From NCBI GenBank assembly GCA_047602425.1, contig JASGHG010000001.1, forward strand, positions 3,008,001-3,072,000: a DNA stretch of 64,000 bases, written 5' to 3'. Below, piece by piece: positions 36,966 to 47,241 of this stretch. Every line of letters starts with the position of its first letter. Position 1 is the stretch's first letter. This DNA comes from Nibricoccus sp. (GTDB lineage: Bacteria; Verrucomicrobiota; Verrucomicrobiia; Opitutales; Opitutaceae). A model generated the notes under the pieces. It worked only from the letters and a program-made list of their open reading frames with translations. It had not been told where the DNA came from and did not search any database. The position numbers and the translations under genes are program-made.

Positions 36966-36997
36966 ACGCGCCGAAGGAAACTTCGGCGCGTTTTTTT
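36966..36997 (+). terminator. Intrinsic terminator ending the r-protein superoperon
   Basis: ACGCGCCGAAG-GAAA-CTTCGGCGCGT-TTTTTT. Confidence 0.9.
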
Positions 36998-37126
36998 GCG
37001 CCTCCTGGAAATGGAGACTTATCCAACTCCACGTTTAGGACGATATTTGTTGGAGGCGCTTAAAATCGCCTTCAACTCGGAGGAACCGTTTGCTCTGCTC
37101 CTATAACTCAGGCACTTTTTAACTGG

Positions 37127-37351
37127 ATGGATTTCGTTACCGCCACCGTCATCTTCTGCCTCGTTGTCGCCGTGATTTTTCTCGGCCTGTGGCTGTTTTA
37201 TGACCGACGGGACTACGCACTCTTCGAACATGCGCGCAAGAAATCCACGTTCTGCTGCATCCGTTGCCAGCATCTTTATTGGGCAGCCGGTCGACCCGAT
37301 GTCGGCAAGTGCCCCAAGTGTGGCCACGAGAACGCCCGCCTGAAGTTCTGA
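37127..37351 (+). CDS. Small membrane-anchored zinc-ribbon protein
   Basis: 74 aa; N-terminal TM, then CIRC...CPKCG. Confidence 0.75.
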   Translation: MDFVTATVIFCLVVAVIFLGLWLFYDRRDYALFEHARKKSTFCCIRCQHLYWAAGRPDVGKCPKCGHENARLKF

Positions 37352-37406
37352 CGAAATCCACCCCGTCAGCCTGGCCATTTCGGGATGCCTTCGCTGTTTC
37401 ATTTGA

Positions 37407-37528
37407 ACAGAAGAGAACAAAGGTAACGAAGCGCTTTCCGTGGAAGTCGCCTCCCCATTCCCAGCACTCAGCGTGGAAACTGGTCGGAGAAAAACCGGAG
37501 CCGCTTCGTTACCTTCGTTCTCTTCTGT
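37407..37528. repeat. 27-bp inverted repeat with 9-nt periodicity (MITE-like)
   Basis: ACAGAAGAGAACAAAGGTAACGAAGCG (37407-33) versus CGCTTCGTTACCTTCGTTCTCTTCTGT (37502-28), 26/27 complementary. Confidence 0.9.
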
Positions 37529-37649
37529 AAAATGGATCGATCAATTTAGTCTCTCTTGTGGCAGGTTTTCCATCCCACGCATTGACACCCCCGCTGCCGC
37601 TCTGGCAGGTTTTTCGTTTCTTTCAATTTACCGGCCTCGCCGATTTTCC

Positions 37650-39188
37650 ATGCCACAGACCATCGCTGTCCTAGATTTTGGTTCGCAATTCACCCAGGTC
37701 ATCGCCCGCCGTATCCGCGAGTGTCAGGTGTACTCGAAAATCTACCACTACTCGACGCCGGCGTCGCAATTGAAGGCTGACGGCGTCATTGGCGTGATCT
37801 TCTCCGGCGGTCCGCAAAGCGTGTATGGCAAGGAAGCCCCGCATCCTGACCGCGCCGTTTTCGATCTCGGCGTGCCGATCCTCGGCATCTGTTACGGCCT
37901 GCAACTCATGGGCCACTTTCTCGGCGGCAAAGTCGCCAAGGGCGAGCGCCGCGAGTACGGACACGGTACACTCGAAATCACCAAAAAAAGCCCGCTCTTC
38001 AAAGGCCTGCCAAAAAAACTGAAGGTTTGGAATTCCCACGGCGACAAACTCGTCAAGGTCCCCGCCGGCTTCCAAGCCGTCGCGCGTACGGAAAATTCCG
38101 AGTACGCCGCGATGGAAGACAGCGAGCGCCAGTTTTACGCGCTGCAATTTCACCCGGAAGTTTTCCACAGCGAGCGCGGCATCGAGGTCATTCGTAATTT
38201 CCTCGTCGGCATTTGCGGCTGCAAAGGCGATTGGTCCACGGCCAATTTCATCGAGCGCAAAATCGAGGAGATCCGCGAAACCGTCGGCAAGTCCCGCGTC
38301 ATCCTCGGCCTCTCCGGCGGCGTCGATTCCTCCGTCGCCGCGGCCCTGATCCACAAGGCCATCGGCAAGCAGCTCACGTGCGTTTTTGTCGATAACGGTT
38401 TGCTTCGGAAAGGCGAACGCGAATACGTCATCGATCTCTACAAGCGCAATTTCAAGATCGATCTGCGCGTTGCCGACTCGGCCGATCTGTTCCTTAAGAA
38501 ACTCAAGGGCGTCAGCGAGCCGGAGCAGAAGCGCAAGATCATCGGCCGAACCTTTATCGAGGTTTTCGAAAAGTCGCTGAAATCGATTGGTCACGCCGAT
38601 TTTCTCGGTCAGGGCACGCTTTATCCTGACGTGATCGAGAGCGTGACCATCGGCAACAATCCCGCCTCGCTGATCAAGAGCCACCACAACGTCGGCGGTC
38701 TGCCCGAGCGCATGAAACTCAAGCTGCTCGAGCCGCTCCGCGAACTTTTCAAGGACGAGGTGCGGGCGGTTGGTTCGGCTCTCGGCCTCCCGCGTGAAGT
38801 CGTCTGGCGCCAGCCATTCCCGGGCCCTGGCCTCGGCGTTCGCGTCATTGGCGACATCACGAGCGATAAACTCGAAATCCTCCGCAACGCCGACGCCATT
38901 CTCCACGAGGAAATGATGAAGTCCGAGTGGTACTGGAAAGTCTGGCAGTCGTTCTGCGTTTTCCTCCCGGTAAAATCCGTTGGCGTGATCGGCGACGAGC
39001 GCAACTATGCCTACGTCATTGCCGTCCGTGTGGTCGAGAGCATCGATGCCATGACCGCTGACTGGACGCGCCTGCCCTACGATCTTCTGCAAACGATCTC
39101 CAACCGCATCACCAACGAGGTGCGCGGTGTCAGTCGTGTGGTTCTGGACATTAGTTCGAAACCGCCTGCGACGATCGAGTGGGAATAA
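37650..39188 (+). CDS. guaA: GMP synthase (glutamine-hydrolysing)
   Basis: [46 protein letters not shown]. Confidence 0.99.
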   Translation: MPQTIAVLDFGSQFTQVIARRIRECQVYSKIYHYSTPASQLKADGVIGVIFSGGPQSVYGKEAPHPDRAVFDLGVPILGICYGLQLMGHFLGGKVAKGERREYGHGTLEITKKSPLFKGLPKKLKVWNSHGDKLVKVPAGFQAVARTENSEYAAMEDSERQFYALQFHPEVFHSERGIEVIRNFLVGICGCKGDWSTANFIERKIEEIRETVGKSRVILGLSGGVDSSVAAALIHKAIGKQLTCVFVDNGLLRKGEREYVIDLYKRNFKIDLRVADSADLFLKKLKGVSEPEQKRKIIGRTFIEVFEKSLKSIGHADFLGQGTLYPDVIESVTIGNNPASLIKSHHNVGGLPERMKLKLLEPLRELFKDEVRAVGSALGLPREVVWRQPFPGPGLGVRVIGDITSDKLEILRNADAILHEEMMKSEWYWKVWQSFCVFLPVKSVGVIGDERNYAYVIAVRVVESIDAMTADWTRLPYDLLQTISNRITNEVRGVSRVVLDISSKPPATIEWE

Positions 39189-39206
39189 TTTTAACCCAAG
39201 TCAGCC

Positions 39207-40499
39207 GTGCGTTTCCTTCAGGCCTCCTCCAAGACATTTCAAAACGACCTCGCCGAATTTTGTCGGGGTTCAATTGTTCCGAAGGAGATTTCTGACAGCG
39301 TCGCTGCGATTCTCGCCGACGTCCGTGCGCGTGGTGACGAAGCGGTGGTCTATTATGCCGCGAAATTCGACGGCGCCAAGCTCCGGGCCCGCGAAATTCG
39401 CGTGAAGCCGGCCGAACTCGCCGCTGCCGCCAAATCGCTGTCCGCCGCCGACCGCAAAGCGATGGTCGAAGCGCACGCCAATATCGTCACCTTCAACAAA
39501 AAGAGCCTGCCCGAAAACTGGCTGGGCAAAAACAAGCAAGGCGCCGAAGTAGGGGAGAAGTTCGACCCGATCCGCCGTGTCGGTCTCTACGTCCCCGGCG
39601 GCCAGGTGCCGCTCGTTTCGACCGTGCTCATGACTGCTACGCTGGCGAAAATCGCCGGTTGCCCGGAGATCGCCGTTTTCACGCCGTCCGACGCCTCGGG
39701 CAAAATCGCCCCCGGACTTCTTGCCGCATTGGAATTGGTAGGCATCGACGAAGTCTACCGCATCGGCGGCGTGCAGGCCATCGGAGCAATGGCCTACGGC
39801 ACCGCGAGCATTCCGGCGGTCGACAAAGTTTACGGTCCCGGCAATGCCTATGTCTGCGAGGCGAAGCGCCAGGTATTTGGCACGGTCGGCGTCGATTCGC
39901 TGCCCGGACCGAGCGAAGTGATGGTCATTGCCGACGACACCGCGCGCGCGGATTTTGTCGCGGCCGACTTGTTGGCACAGGCCGAACACGGCTCCGGCCG
40001 CGAAAAGATTTATCTCATCGCCACGTCGCAGGTAATCGTCGACGCGATCATGGCTGAGGTGAAATCGCAGCTGCAGATCATTTCGCGCAGCGAGAAAACC
40101 CAGAATGTGCTGAACAGCGGTTTCCTCGCGGTCGCGGTCGATTCGCTCGCGCAGGCGACCGAGATCGCAAACTACGTTGCGCCGGAACATCTCGAACTGA
40201 TTGTTGCCGAATCGGCCGAGGGAAAGCTTTTGAAAGAAATCACGACTGCGGGCGCGATCATGCTCGGCAACCACACACCGACGGCGCTCGGCGATTTCAC
40301 TGCCGGCCCGAGCCACGTGCTGCCGACCGGCCGCGCAGGACGTTTCTTCAGTGGATTGCGCGTAGCGGATTTCCAACGCCGTACGAGTATCATCCGCTAC
40401 AGCAAAACCACGGTGAAAAAAGGCAACGAAGTCGTCGCCGCCTTCGCCGCGATGGAACGCCTCGACGCCCACGGCCGCTCGGTGAAGATTCGGACGTGA
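39207..40499 (+). CDS. hisD: Histidinol dehydrogenase
   Basis: GLYVPGG, GPGNAYV, GPSE, DLLAQAEH, APEHLE, GPSHVLPT. Confidence 0.98.
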   Translation: MRFLQASSKTFQNDLAEFCRGSIVPKEISDSVAAILADVRARGDEAVVYYAAKFDGAKLRAREIRVKPAELAAAAKSLSAADRKAMVEAHANIVTFNKKSLPENWLGKNKQGAEVGEKFDPIRRVGLYVPGGQVPLVSTVLMTATLAKIAGCPEIAVFTPSDASGKIAPGLLAALELVGIDEVYRIGGVQAIGAMAYGTASIPAVDKVYGPGNAYVCEAKRQVFGTVGVDSLPGPSEVMVIADDTARADFVAADLLAQAEHGSGREKIYLIATSQVIVDAIMAEVKSQLQIISRSEKTQNVLNSGFLAVAVDSLAQATEIANYVAPEHLELIVAESAEGKLLKEITTAGAIMLGNHTPTALGDFTAGPSHVLPTGRAGRFFSGLRVADFQRRTSIIRYSKTTVKKGNEVVAAFAAMERLDAHGRSVKIRT

Positions 40500-40505
40500 G
40501 TGGAG

Positions 40506-40577
40506 GGTCACGAAAAGACCCAAGAAACCGCAAAAAGAGGTTTCCGTTTTTCGTGCCCTTTTGTGATTTTTGTGGCC
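40506..40577. repeat. About 10-nt periodic imperfect inverted repeat between hisD and hisC
   Basis: GGTCACGAAAAGACCCAAGAAACCGCAAAAA versus TTTTTCGTGCCCTTTTGTGATTTTTGTGGCC. Confidence 0.7.
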
Positions 40578-40586
40578 AATCAATTC

Positions 40587-41690
40587 ATGTCCTCTCCTGC
40601 CAATTTAGCTCTTCCACACGTCGCCAAGCTCCATGCTTACACGCCTGGGCTTCAGCCGAATGAAGCGGGGTGGGTGAAGCTCAATACCAACGAGTGTCCG
40701 TATCCGCCGAGTCCGAAGGTTGCCGAAGCGTTGCGGGTCGAGATCGGCGTGGCGGGCGAATCGCTGCGGCTTTATCCGAACCCGACCAGCGCGGCGTTGC
40801 GAAAGGTGGTGGCCGAGCATCACGGACACGGATTGCGCGCGGAAAATGTGTGTGTGGGCAATGGTTCGGATGATATTCTCAACCTGCTCGTGCGCGCGTT
40901 TTGCACGCAGACGGTGCCACTCGGTTTCACGATGCCGAGCTATTCGCTTTATCCGGTGCTCGTCGAAATTCAGGACGGTCGCACGGAGGTGATCGAGTTC
41001 GATCGCTCGATGAAGTTGCCGCTGGCGCGCATCGCGGCGTCGAAGTCGCGCGCGTTTTTTCTGACGTCGCCGAATGCGCCGACGGGCGTGGGTTTCAGCC
41101 GCGCGGAAATCGAAGAAGCGGCGAAAGTGTTTAGAGGCCTGTTCGTCGTGGACGAAGCGTATGCGCTGTTCGCCGAGGAGGACGCGGTGCCGTTGCTCGC
41201 GAAGTATCAGAATATCGTCGTGGTGCGGACGCTTTCTAAAGCCTACGCGCTGGCGGGTATCCGCATTGGTTACGCGCTTGCCCATCCCGAGGTAATCGAC
41301 GTGCTCGACCGCGTGCGCGACAGCTACAACACCAGCCGGCTTTCGCAGGTGGCGGCAATCGCGGCGATCGGCGATCAGGCTTACTACCGCGAGGTGGTCG
41401 CGAAAATCAAAACCACGCGCGATCGCTACGTGAAAACCTGGAGCGGGTTGGGCTGGTTCACTTACCCGTCGCAGACGAACTTCATTTTCACCGAACCGCG
41501 CAATGCCAGAGGCGAAGCGGGTCCGGCGGTCGCTAAAGCGGCCTACGACTACCTTTATGCGAACAAGGTGTTGGTCCGGTACTTTGCGAGCCATGCCTTG
41601 ACCGCGTCGTTCCTCCGTATCAGCGTGGGCACCGACGCCGAAATGGCCGTCCTTAACCAATCGCTCGAAGCATGGCGCAAAATCGCATAG
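40587..41690 (+). CDS. hisC: Histidinol-phosphate aminotransferase
   Basis: [41 protein letters not shown]. Confidence 0.98.
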   Translation: MSSPANLALPHVAKLHAYTPGLQPNEAGWVKLNTNECPYPPSPKVAEALRVEIGVAGESLRLYPNPTSAALRKVVAEHHGHGLRAENVCVGNGSDDILNLLVRAFCTQTVPLGFTMPSYSLYPVLVEIQDGRTEVIEFDRSMKLPLARIAASKSRAFFLTSPNAPTGVGFSRAEIEEAAKVFRGLFVVDEAYALFAEEDAVPLLAKYQNIVVVRTLSKAYALAGIRIGYALAHPEVIDVLDRVRDSYNTSRLSQVAAIAAIGDQAYYREVVAKIKTTRDRYVKTWSGLGWFTYPSQTNFIFTEPRNARGEAGPAVAKAAYDYLYANKVLVRYFASHALTASFLRISVGTDAEMAVLNQSLEAWRKIA

Positions 41691-42268
41691 CAACCATCAA
41701 GCGGAAAACCGCTGAAACCGACATCACCCTCACGCTCGACGTCGACGGTCGTGGTGTCTCGAACATTTCCACAGGCGTGCCGTTCTTCGATCACATGCTC
41801 ACGCTGTTCGCGAAGCATGGGTTGTTCGATTTGCATGTCGATGCGAAGGGCGACGTGGCGGTGGATTATCACCACACGGTCGAGGATGTCGGCATCGTGC
41901 TGGGCGAGGCGTTCAAGCAGGCGCTCGGCGACAAGCTCGGCATTCGCCGTTATGGATTTTTCATTTTGCCGATGGACGAATCGCTCGCCCGCGTGGTGAT
42001 CGATATCGGCGGACGTCCGCACCTCGTTTACGAAGCCGAGGCGCCGACCATGTTTGTACGCGATTTCAACATCGTCCTCGTGAAGGAATTTGCCCGCGCG
42101 TTCAGCAACGCGCTCGGGGCCAACCTGCACGTGAAGCTCGAATACGGCGAAGAGCCGCATCACGTCGCCGAGGCAATCTTCAAAGCCCTCGCGCGTGCCC
42201 TCGACGTGGCGACTCAGATCGATCCCCGCACGGCCGGCCAGTTGCCGAGCACGAAGGGGAAAATCTGA
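41672..42268 (+). CDS. hisB: Imidazoleglycerol-phosphate dehydratase
   Basis: [33 protein letters not shown]. Confidence 0.98.
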   Translation: MAQNRIATIKRKTAETDITLTLDVDGRGVSNISTGVPFFDHMLTLFAKHGLFDLHVDAKGDVAVDYHHTVEDVGIVLGEAFKQALGDKLGIRRYGFFILPMDESLARVVIDIGGRPHLVYEAEAPTMFVRDFNIVLVKEFARAFSNALGANLHVKLEYGEEPHHVAEAIFKALARALDVATQIDPRTAGQLPSTKGKI

Positions 42269-42313
42269 TTCGGGCTCAACGACAGGGTTCTGTGCGCGGG
42301 GTTTCTCACCTTA

Positions 42314-42348
42314 AGCGTTGAACGTTGAGCGTTGAGCGTTGAATGTTG
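42314..42348 (+). repeat. Tandem heptamer repeat (5 copies)
   Basis: AGCGTTG AACGTTG AGCGTTG AGCGTTG AATGTTG; one inverted unit GCTCAACG at 42274. Confidence 0.85.
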
Positions 42349-42359
42349 GTTTTTCTCTC

Positions 42360-43001
42360 GTGAAAACCGCACCTGTCATCGCCGTCATCGACAACGGCAT
42401 TTGCAACCTCCGCAGCGTGACCAAGGCCTTGGAGGTCGTCGGGGCGCAGCCCAAGGTCGTGCAAACGCCCGCTGAAATCGGCAACGTGGCAGGATTGGTT
42501 TTGCCCGGGGTGGGGGCCTTGGGCGATTGCGTGGCTGCGCTGCGTACGACGAAGCTCGACGACACCGTGCGCGGTTGGATTCGCGAAGACCGGCCTTTTC
42601 TCGGCGTGTGTCTCGGGATGCAGGCGCTGTTCGAATTTTCCGAGGAGGGTAACATCACGGGTCTTGGCATATTTCCCGGCAAAGTGACGCGTTTCCGCCG
42701 TCCGCCGGAGTACAAAATTCCGCACATGGGCTGGAATGGCATTACCTTTAAGCAGGCCAATTCTCCGCTCGCCGCACAGCTCAAGCCGGAGGGGGAGGCG
42801 TTCTATTTTGTCCACAGTTTTCATTGTACGCCGGCTGATCCGGCGCTGGTTCTGGCCGAGGCGGACTATGGCGGCTCCTTCACGGCGGCGATCGGTCGCG
42901 GTCGCTGCTTTGCAACGCAATTCCATCCGGAAAAGAGCCAGGCCAAGGGTCTTCAGATCTACCGCAATTTCACCGAGATCGCTGCTGGCGTGCTGAAATA
43001 A
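42360..43001 (+). CDS. hisH: Imidazole glycerol phosphate synthase glutaminase subunit
   Basis: NLRSV, LPGVG, GVCLGMQ, IPHMGWN, YFVHS, QFHPEKS; GTG start 42360. Confidence 0.98.
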   Translation: MKTAPVIAVIDNGICNLRSVTKALEVVGAQPKVVQTPAEIGNVAGLVLPGVGALGDCVAALRTTKLDDTVRGWIREDRPFLGVCLGMQALFEFSEEGNITGLGIFPGKVTRFRRPPEYKIPHMGWNGITFKQANSPLAAQLKPEGEAFYFVHSFHCTPADPALVLAEADYGGSFTAAIGRGRCFATQFHPEKSQAKGLQIYRNFTEIAAGVLK

Positions 43002-43190
43002 GTTGGCTGGCGGATGCCGGGGTATCGCTTGCTGTGGCAGCTTTTTGGGGTGGCCCGGCTTGTTAAAGTTTGGGGCGGGCAACAGTTTTTCTAACGTTGT
43101 GCGGATTTTCTGTTTAGAAACGCTAAGGACGTAACGCAAAAAACCATCTTTGCTTTGCCAGTGGCGGAACTTTGGATCCATATTCGTCGC

Positions 43191-44492
43191 ATGCCCAAAA
43201 CCGCCCTTCTTAAGCTAGATGACAAGGAAATCGCCCTGCCTGTAATCGTCGGTTCCGAGGGTGAAAAGGCTGTCGATATTGCCAAGCTGCGTTCCGATAC
43301 CGGCTACATTACCTACGACGATGGGTTCGGCAACACCGGCTCCTGCACGAGCAGCATCACTTTCATCGACGGCGACGTCGGTATTCTCCGTTATCGCGGT
43401 TATCCGATCGAGCAACTCGCCGAAAAGTCCTCTTTCGTCGAATGCGCCTACCTCGTGATTTATGGCGAGCTTCCCACGGCGGAGCAGCGCGCGACATTTT
43501 CCCGTTTGCTAACCAAGCACGCTCCGCTGCACGAAGGCATGACGCGCTTTCTCAGCAGCTTCCCGCGCGATTCGCATCCAATGGCGGTTTTGTCCGCGGG
43601 CATCAACTCGCTCGGCGCCTACTATCCTTATCTCGCAACCAATAACCATCAGCAAGATTTGGAGCGGTTCGACGAAGCGGCCGCCATCGCCATTTCGAAG
43701 GTCCGCACGATCACCGCGCACACTTACCGCGTCACCCGCGGCCTGCCGTTCAACTATCCGCGTCCGAATTACGGCTATTGCGAGAACTTCCTGCATCTCA
43801 TGTTCTCGGAGCCATACAACGAGTACATCCCGACCCAGGAAGTCGCTTCCGCGCTAAACCTTTTCCTCCTTCTTCACGCCGATCACGAGCAGAACTGCTC
43901 CACTTCGACCGTGAAAATGGTCGGATCCTCCGGCGCCAATCTCTTCGCTTCCGTCTCCGCTGGCGTCAACGCCCTCTGGGGTCCGCTCCACGGCGGTGCC
44001 AACATGGCGGTGATCGAAATGCTCAAGAGCATTCACGCCGAAGGCGACGACGGTACGAAATTCATTGCCGCCGCGAAATCCGGCAAGGGCGACCACCGGC
44101 TCATGGGTTTCGGCCATCGTGTTTATAAAAACTACGATCCGCGCGCCAAAATTATCAAAGCCAGCTTCTACAAGGCCCTCGCCAGCCTCGGCATCAAGGA
44201 CGATCCGCTCCTCAACATCGCGATGAAGCTGGAGGAATGCGCGCTCAGCGACGACTATTTCATCTCGCGCAAGCTCTATCCGAACGTCGACTTCTATTCC
44301 GGTTTGATCATGCGTGCGATCGGCCTCCCGGAAAATATGTTCACCGTCATGTTCGCCATCGGTCGCATGCCCGGTTGGATTGCCCAGTGGCGCGAAGTTG
44401 CGATCAATCCGAAACTCAAGATCTATCGTCCGCGTCAAATCTATACCGGCAAAACGGTGCGCGACTACGTCGGGGTCGACCAGCGCAAGTAA
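43191..44492 (+). CDS. gltA: Citrate synthase
   Basis: [43 protein letters not shown]. Confidence 0.98.
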   Translation: MPKTALLKLDDKEIALPVIVGSEGEKAVDIAKLRSDTGYITYDDGFGNTGSCTSSITFIDGDVGILRYRGYPIEQLAEKSSFVECAYLVIYGELPTAEQRATFSRLLTKHAPLHEGMTRFLSSFPRDSHPMAVLSAGINSLGAYYPYLATNNHQQDLERFDEAAAIAISKVRTITAHTYRVTRGLPFNYPRPNYGYCENFLHLMFSEPYNEYIPTQEVASALNLFLLLHADHEQNCSTSTVKMVGSSGANLFASVSAGVNALWGPLHGGANMAVIEMLKSIHAEGDDGTKFIAAAKSGKGDHRLMGFGHRVYKNYDPRAKIIKASFYKALASLGIKDDPLLNIAMKLEECALSDDYFISRKLYPNVDFYSGLIMRAIGLPENMFTVMFAIGRMPGWIAQWREVAINPKLKIYRPRQIYTGKTVRDYVGVDQRK

Positions 44493-44512
44493 CCGCTCCG
44501 CGGCGCGCGCCG

Positions 44513-45271
44513 TTATTCCACTTTCGATCCGAGCTGGGTTTCGACCGGCTCGGATTTTTTTTGCGCAGGCGGCGGTCCGCCACGGAAAATCTCGTCCATG
44601 GTTAGACCGGTGAGAAGTTCGATGCCTTTGATCATGCGCCAAAACACGACCATCATCATGGCAACGGCGGGCACGGCCATCACGAGCATGCCGATTGAGT
44701 GCATCTTGCCGAGTTCGGCATTGAATTCCGGAGTGCCCGGCGCACTGCGAATCAGCCAGCGCGCGGTGGCAAAATTGATCGCCGCGCTCACGAAAAACGT
44801 CACGGCCAGCGCACAACTTGCCCGAACCATCAACCGGTCAAAAGCCGGACGGGCATCGCGCTCTGCCAACGCGGTGTCCACACGCGGCACGTCGACCAGT
44901 TGTTCGTTGAAAAGAAGTTCCCGTATGAGTGGCTGCTTTGATCTTAACGAGAGAAGCACGGAAATGCCGATGATGGACGGCATCACGGCGTCCTTTACCG
45001 CGAAAGCGAAGCCGTTTGCCTTGATCAACCCCATCACGCCGCTCGCCAGCACGCTGACGAACCCGATGATAGAGATAAAATTCATCTTCCTTCTCGTCGC
45101 GAAATCCCAGATGCCGTAGCACACCGGGAACAGCACCGCCACAATCAAGCCCCAGAGAGGCCCGAGGTATTTGTCCTTGCTGAAAATTGTCAGCAGCAAC
45201 GTCGGCAGCACGATATTGCAAACGAGGTTGAGCAGCAGGCTTTCGTGTTTCTGTGGCTTCGGTTGAGACAT
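44513..45271 (-). CDS. Integral membrane protein (VC0807/YciB-like)
   Basis: About 6 TM segments; 'NLVCNIVLPTLLL', 'FAVKDAVMP', 'GTPEFNAELGK' recalled as typical of this family. Confidence 0.65.
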   Translation of the reverse strand: MSQPKPQKHESLLLNLVCNIVLPTLLLTIFSKDKYLGPLWGLIVAVLFPVCYGIWDFATRRKMNFISIIGFVSVLASGVMGLIKANGFAFAVKDAVMPSIIGISVLLSLRSKQPLIRELLFNEQLVDVPRVDTALAERDARPAFDRLMVRASCALAVTFFVSAAINFATARWLIRSAPGTPEFNAELGKMHSIGMLVMAVPAVAMMMVVFWRMIKGIELLTGLTMDEIFRGGPPPAQKKSEPVETQLGSKVE

Positions 45272-45369
45272 GTGAAGGGCAAGTTGAACAGGTAAGTTGA
45301 CCCGGCCGAAAGGCAAAAGTCTCACGATTTACTGTTTCCCTGATCGCAACAATTGGTATTCCTAGGGGC

Positions 45370-46113
45370 ATGATTCTCCTCGGCGTCAATATCGACCACT
45401 GCGCCACGCTCCGACAGGCGCGCTATCGGCAGTCTCCCATAACCGTTGGCGGCCCGGTGGAACCGGATCCGATCACGCTCGCCCTTCTCTCCGAACGCGC
45501 CGGCGCCGACGGCATCACGGTTCACCTCCGCGAAGACCGTCGTCACATTCAGGACCGCGATGTGGTCCGGCTGCGCGAAACCATTTCCACCCGCCTCAAT
45601 CTCGAAATGGCCTGCACCCCGGACATGATCGAATATGCGCTTAAATTGAAGCCCGACTCGGTCTGTCTTGTGCCCGAAAACCGGCAGGAAATCACCACCG
45701 AGGGAGGGCTCGACATCGTGCGCAACAGGGCTCGCGTGAAAACCTGCATCGATGCGATGAAGGCCGCCGGAATCAAGACGAGCCTTTTTATCGATGCCGA
45801 CGAAGAGCAGATCAGACTCTCCGCCAAGCTTGGCGCGCCGTGGATCGAACTCCACACGGGCGCTTACGCCAATGCCTACCACAAATCGACCCGGGCGAAA
45901 CAATTTGAACGTCTCCGCGTCGGCGCCGCTCTCGCGCACGAACTCGGTCTCATCGTCAACGCGGGCCATGGCATCAGTTACGTCAACATCGCTGAAATCC
46001 GAACCATCCCACATCTCCACGAACTCAACATTGGGCACAGCATCATCAGTCGCGCTCTTTTCACCGGCATCGAGGAAGCCGTCCGCGAAATGAAAGCGCG
46101 GATGAATGCCTAG
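45370..46113 (+). CDS. pdxJ: Pyridoxine 5'-phosphate synthase
   Basis: LGVNIDH.ATLRQAR, HLREDRRHIQD, ELHTG, ELNIGHSI. Confidence 0.98.
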   Translation: MILLGVNIDHCATLRQARYRQSPITVGGPVEPDPITLALLSERAGADGITVHLREDRRHIQDRDVVRLRETISTRLNLEMACTPDMIEYALKLKPDSVCLVPENRQEITTEGGLDIVRNRARVKTCIDAMKAAGIKTSLFIDADEEQIRLSAKLGAPWIELHTGAYANAYHKSTRAKQFERLRVGAALAHELGLIVNAGHGISYVNIAEIRTIPHLHELNIGHSIISRALFTGIEEAVREMKARMNA

Positions 46114-46134
46114 AGCTGGAGAGTCCGGATTTTA

Positions 46135-46284
46135 GCCAGAGGACACAGAGCTATGACACAGAGATCACAGAGAGTCAAAGACTGCCTAGATCAAAGAACT
46201 ATCAACGTCGCTCAGCATGATGGATTCTGAATCAACCAGCGATCCTCTGTGTACTCTGTGTCATAGCTCCGTGTTCTCTGTGGC
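46135..46284. repeat. About 40-bp inverted repeat built of CACAGAG units (MITE-like)
   Basis: GCCAGAGGACACAGAGCTATGACACAGAGATCACAGAG (46135-72) versus CTCTGTGTACTCTGTGTCATAGCTCCGTGTTCTCTGTGGC (46245-84). Confidence 0.9.
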
Positions 46285-46313
46285 CCACTCCGATTTTCTT
46301 AACTGAATCGCGC

Positions 46314-46721
46314 ATGAACATCCAACTTCCTCCCGGTGGCATCCTGGTCGGCCTGGGTGCCGACATCGTCGATGTGGAGCGCATTCGCGGTGTGCTTGAG
46401 CGGCAGGGCGATCGTTTTCTCGACCGCGTGTTCACCGATGAAGAGCGTGCCTATTGTTTCGGCATGAAGAATCCGCATCCCCATCTCGCCGCACGTTTCG
46501 CCGCGAAGGAAGCCGTGGCGAAGACTTTCACGACGGGTATTGGCGCCGAACTCGGCTGGAAATCCATTTCGATTTATCACGGAGATCGTAGGGAACCGTT
46601 GGTTCGGCTCGACGAAAAAGGACGGGCGCTGCTCGCCCAGGTTGGAGCCACGAACATTCTGCTCACGCTTTCTCACACCGAAACCGCGGCCATGGCTGTT
46701 GCCGCATTGATCAAATCATAA
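46314..46721 (+). CDS. acpS: Holo-[acyl-carrier-protein] synthase
   Basis: GLGADIV, LAARFAAKEAVAK, TLSH; follows pdxJ. Confidence 0.96.
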   Translation: MNIQLPPGGILVGLGADIVDVERIRGVLERQGDRFLDRVFTDEERAYCFGMKNPHPHLAARFAAKEAVAKTFTTGIGAELGWKSISIYHGDRREPLVRLDEKGRALLAQVGATNILLTLSHTETAAMAVAALIKS

Positions 46722-46729
46722 ACCAAATC

Positions 46730-47236
46730 GTGTCCGATTCCCCCTCCACCCCGAAATCCAAGCTTTCCACCACGCCGTCGTGGATCATGGTGGGCTTTAT
46801 TGTTGGCGCGTTGTTTGCGACCGGCGTGCATCGTGAAGTCGAGCGAAGGAACCAGTTGAAACAGCCACCGGTCCCAGCGCGTCCGCCGGTTAAAATCGAG
46901 AGGCCGAAGTCGATTTCCGCGCTCAAAGAACGCACAAGTCTCTCCGCGATCGAGAATATTTTCACGCAGTACGATGAGCACGCGATTTGGCGCAACGATC
47001 TCACCGAAGTCGCGCTCTGGAACGCCGAGACCAACCAGTTCACCGAATGCTTCGAGGTCATGCGCAGTGGCGACTATTTTTACTACCGCACGATTCCAGC
47101 CCTCACGCGTCCGGTCCGGAGACCGAATCCCGCTCCGGATTTGCCTCTGCGTTACACTGAGCCGGAGGACGAACAGTTGAAACGTCTCCAGCAACAATCC
47201 ACCTGGCTCCCGCCTTCAACCGATCCAAATCGCTAA
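46730..47236 (+). CDS. Hypothetical protein with one N-terminal TM and Pro-rich linker
   Basis: Tightly packed between acpS and nnr; 'WIMVGFIVGALFA'; host-like codon usage. Confidence 0.75.
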   Translation: MSDSPSTPKSKLSTTPSWIMVGFIVGALFATGVHREVERRNQLKQPPVPARPPVKIERPKSISALKERTSLSAIENIFTQYDEHAIWRNDLTEVALWNAETNQFTECFEVMRSGDYFYYRTIPALTRPVRRPNPAPDLPLRYTEPEDEQLKRLQQQSTWLPPSTDPNR

Positions 47237-47241
47237 ACGCA

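Noticed and set aside
37407..46284. CRISPR array interpretation of the repeat elements
   Set aside because: Repeats are inverted pairs or short tandem units, not direct repeats with regular spacers; no cas genes
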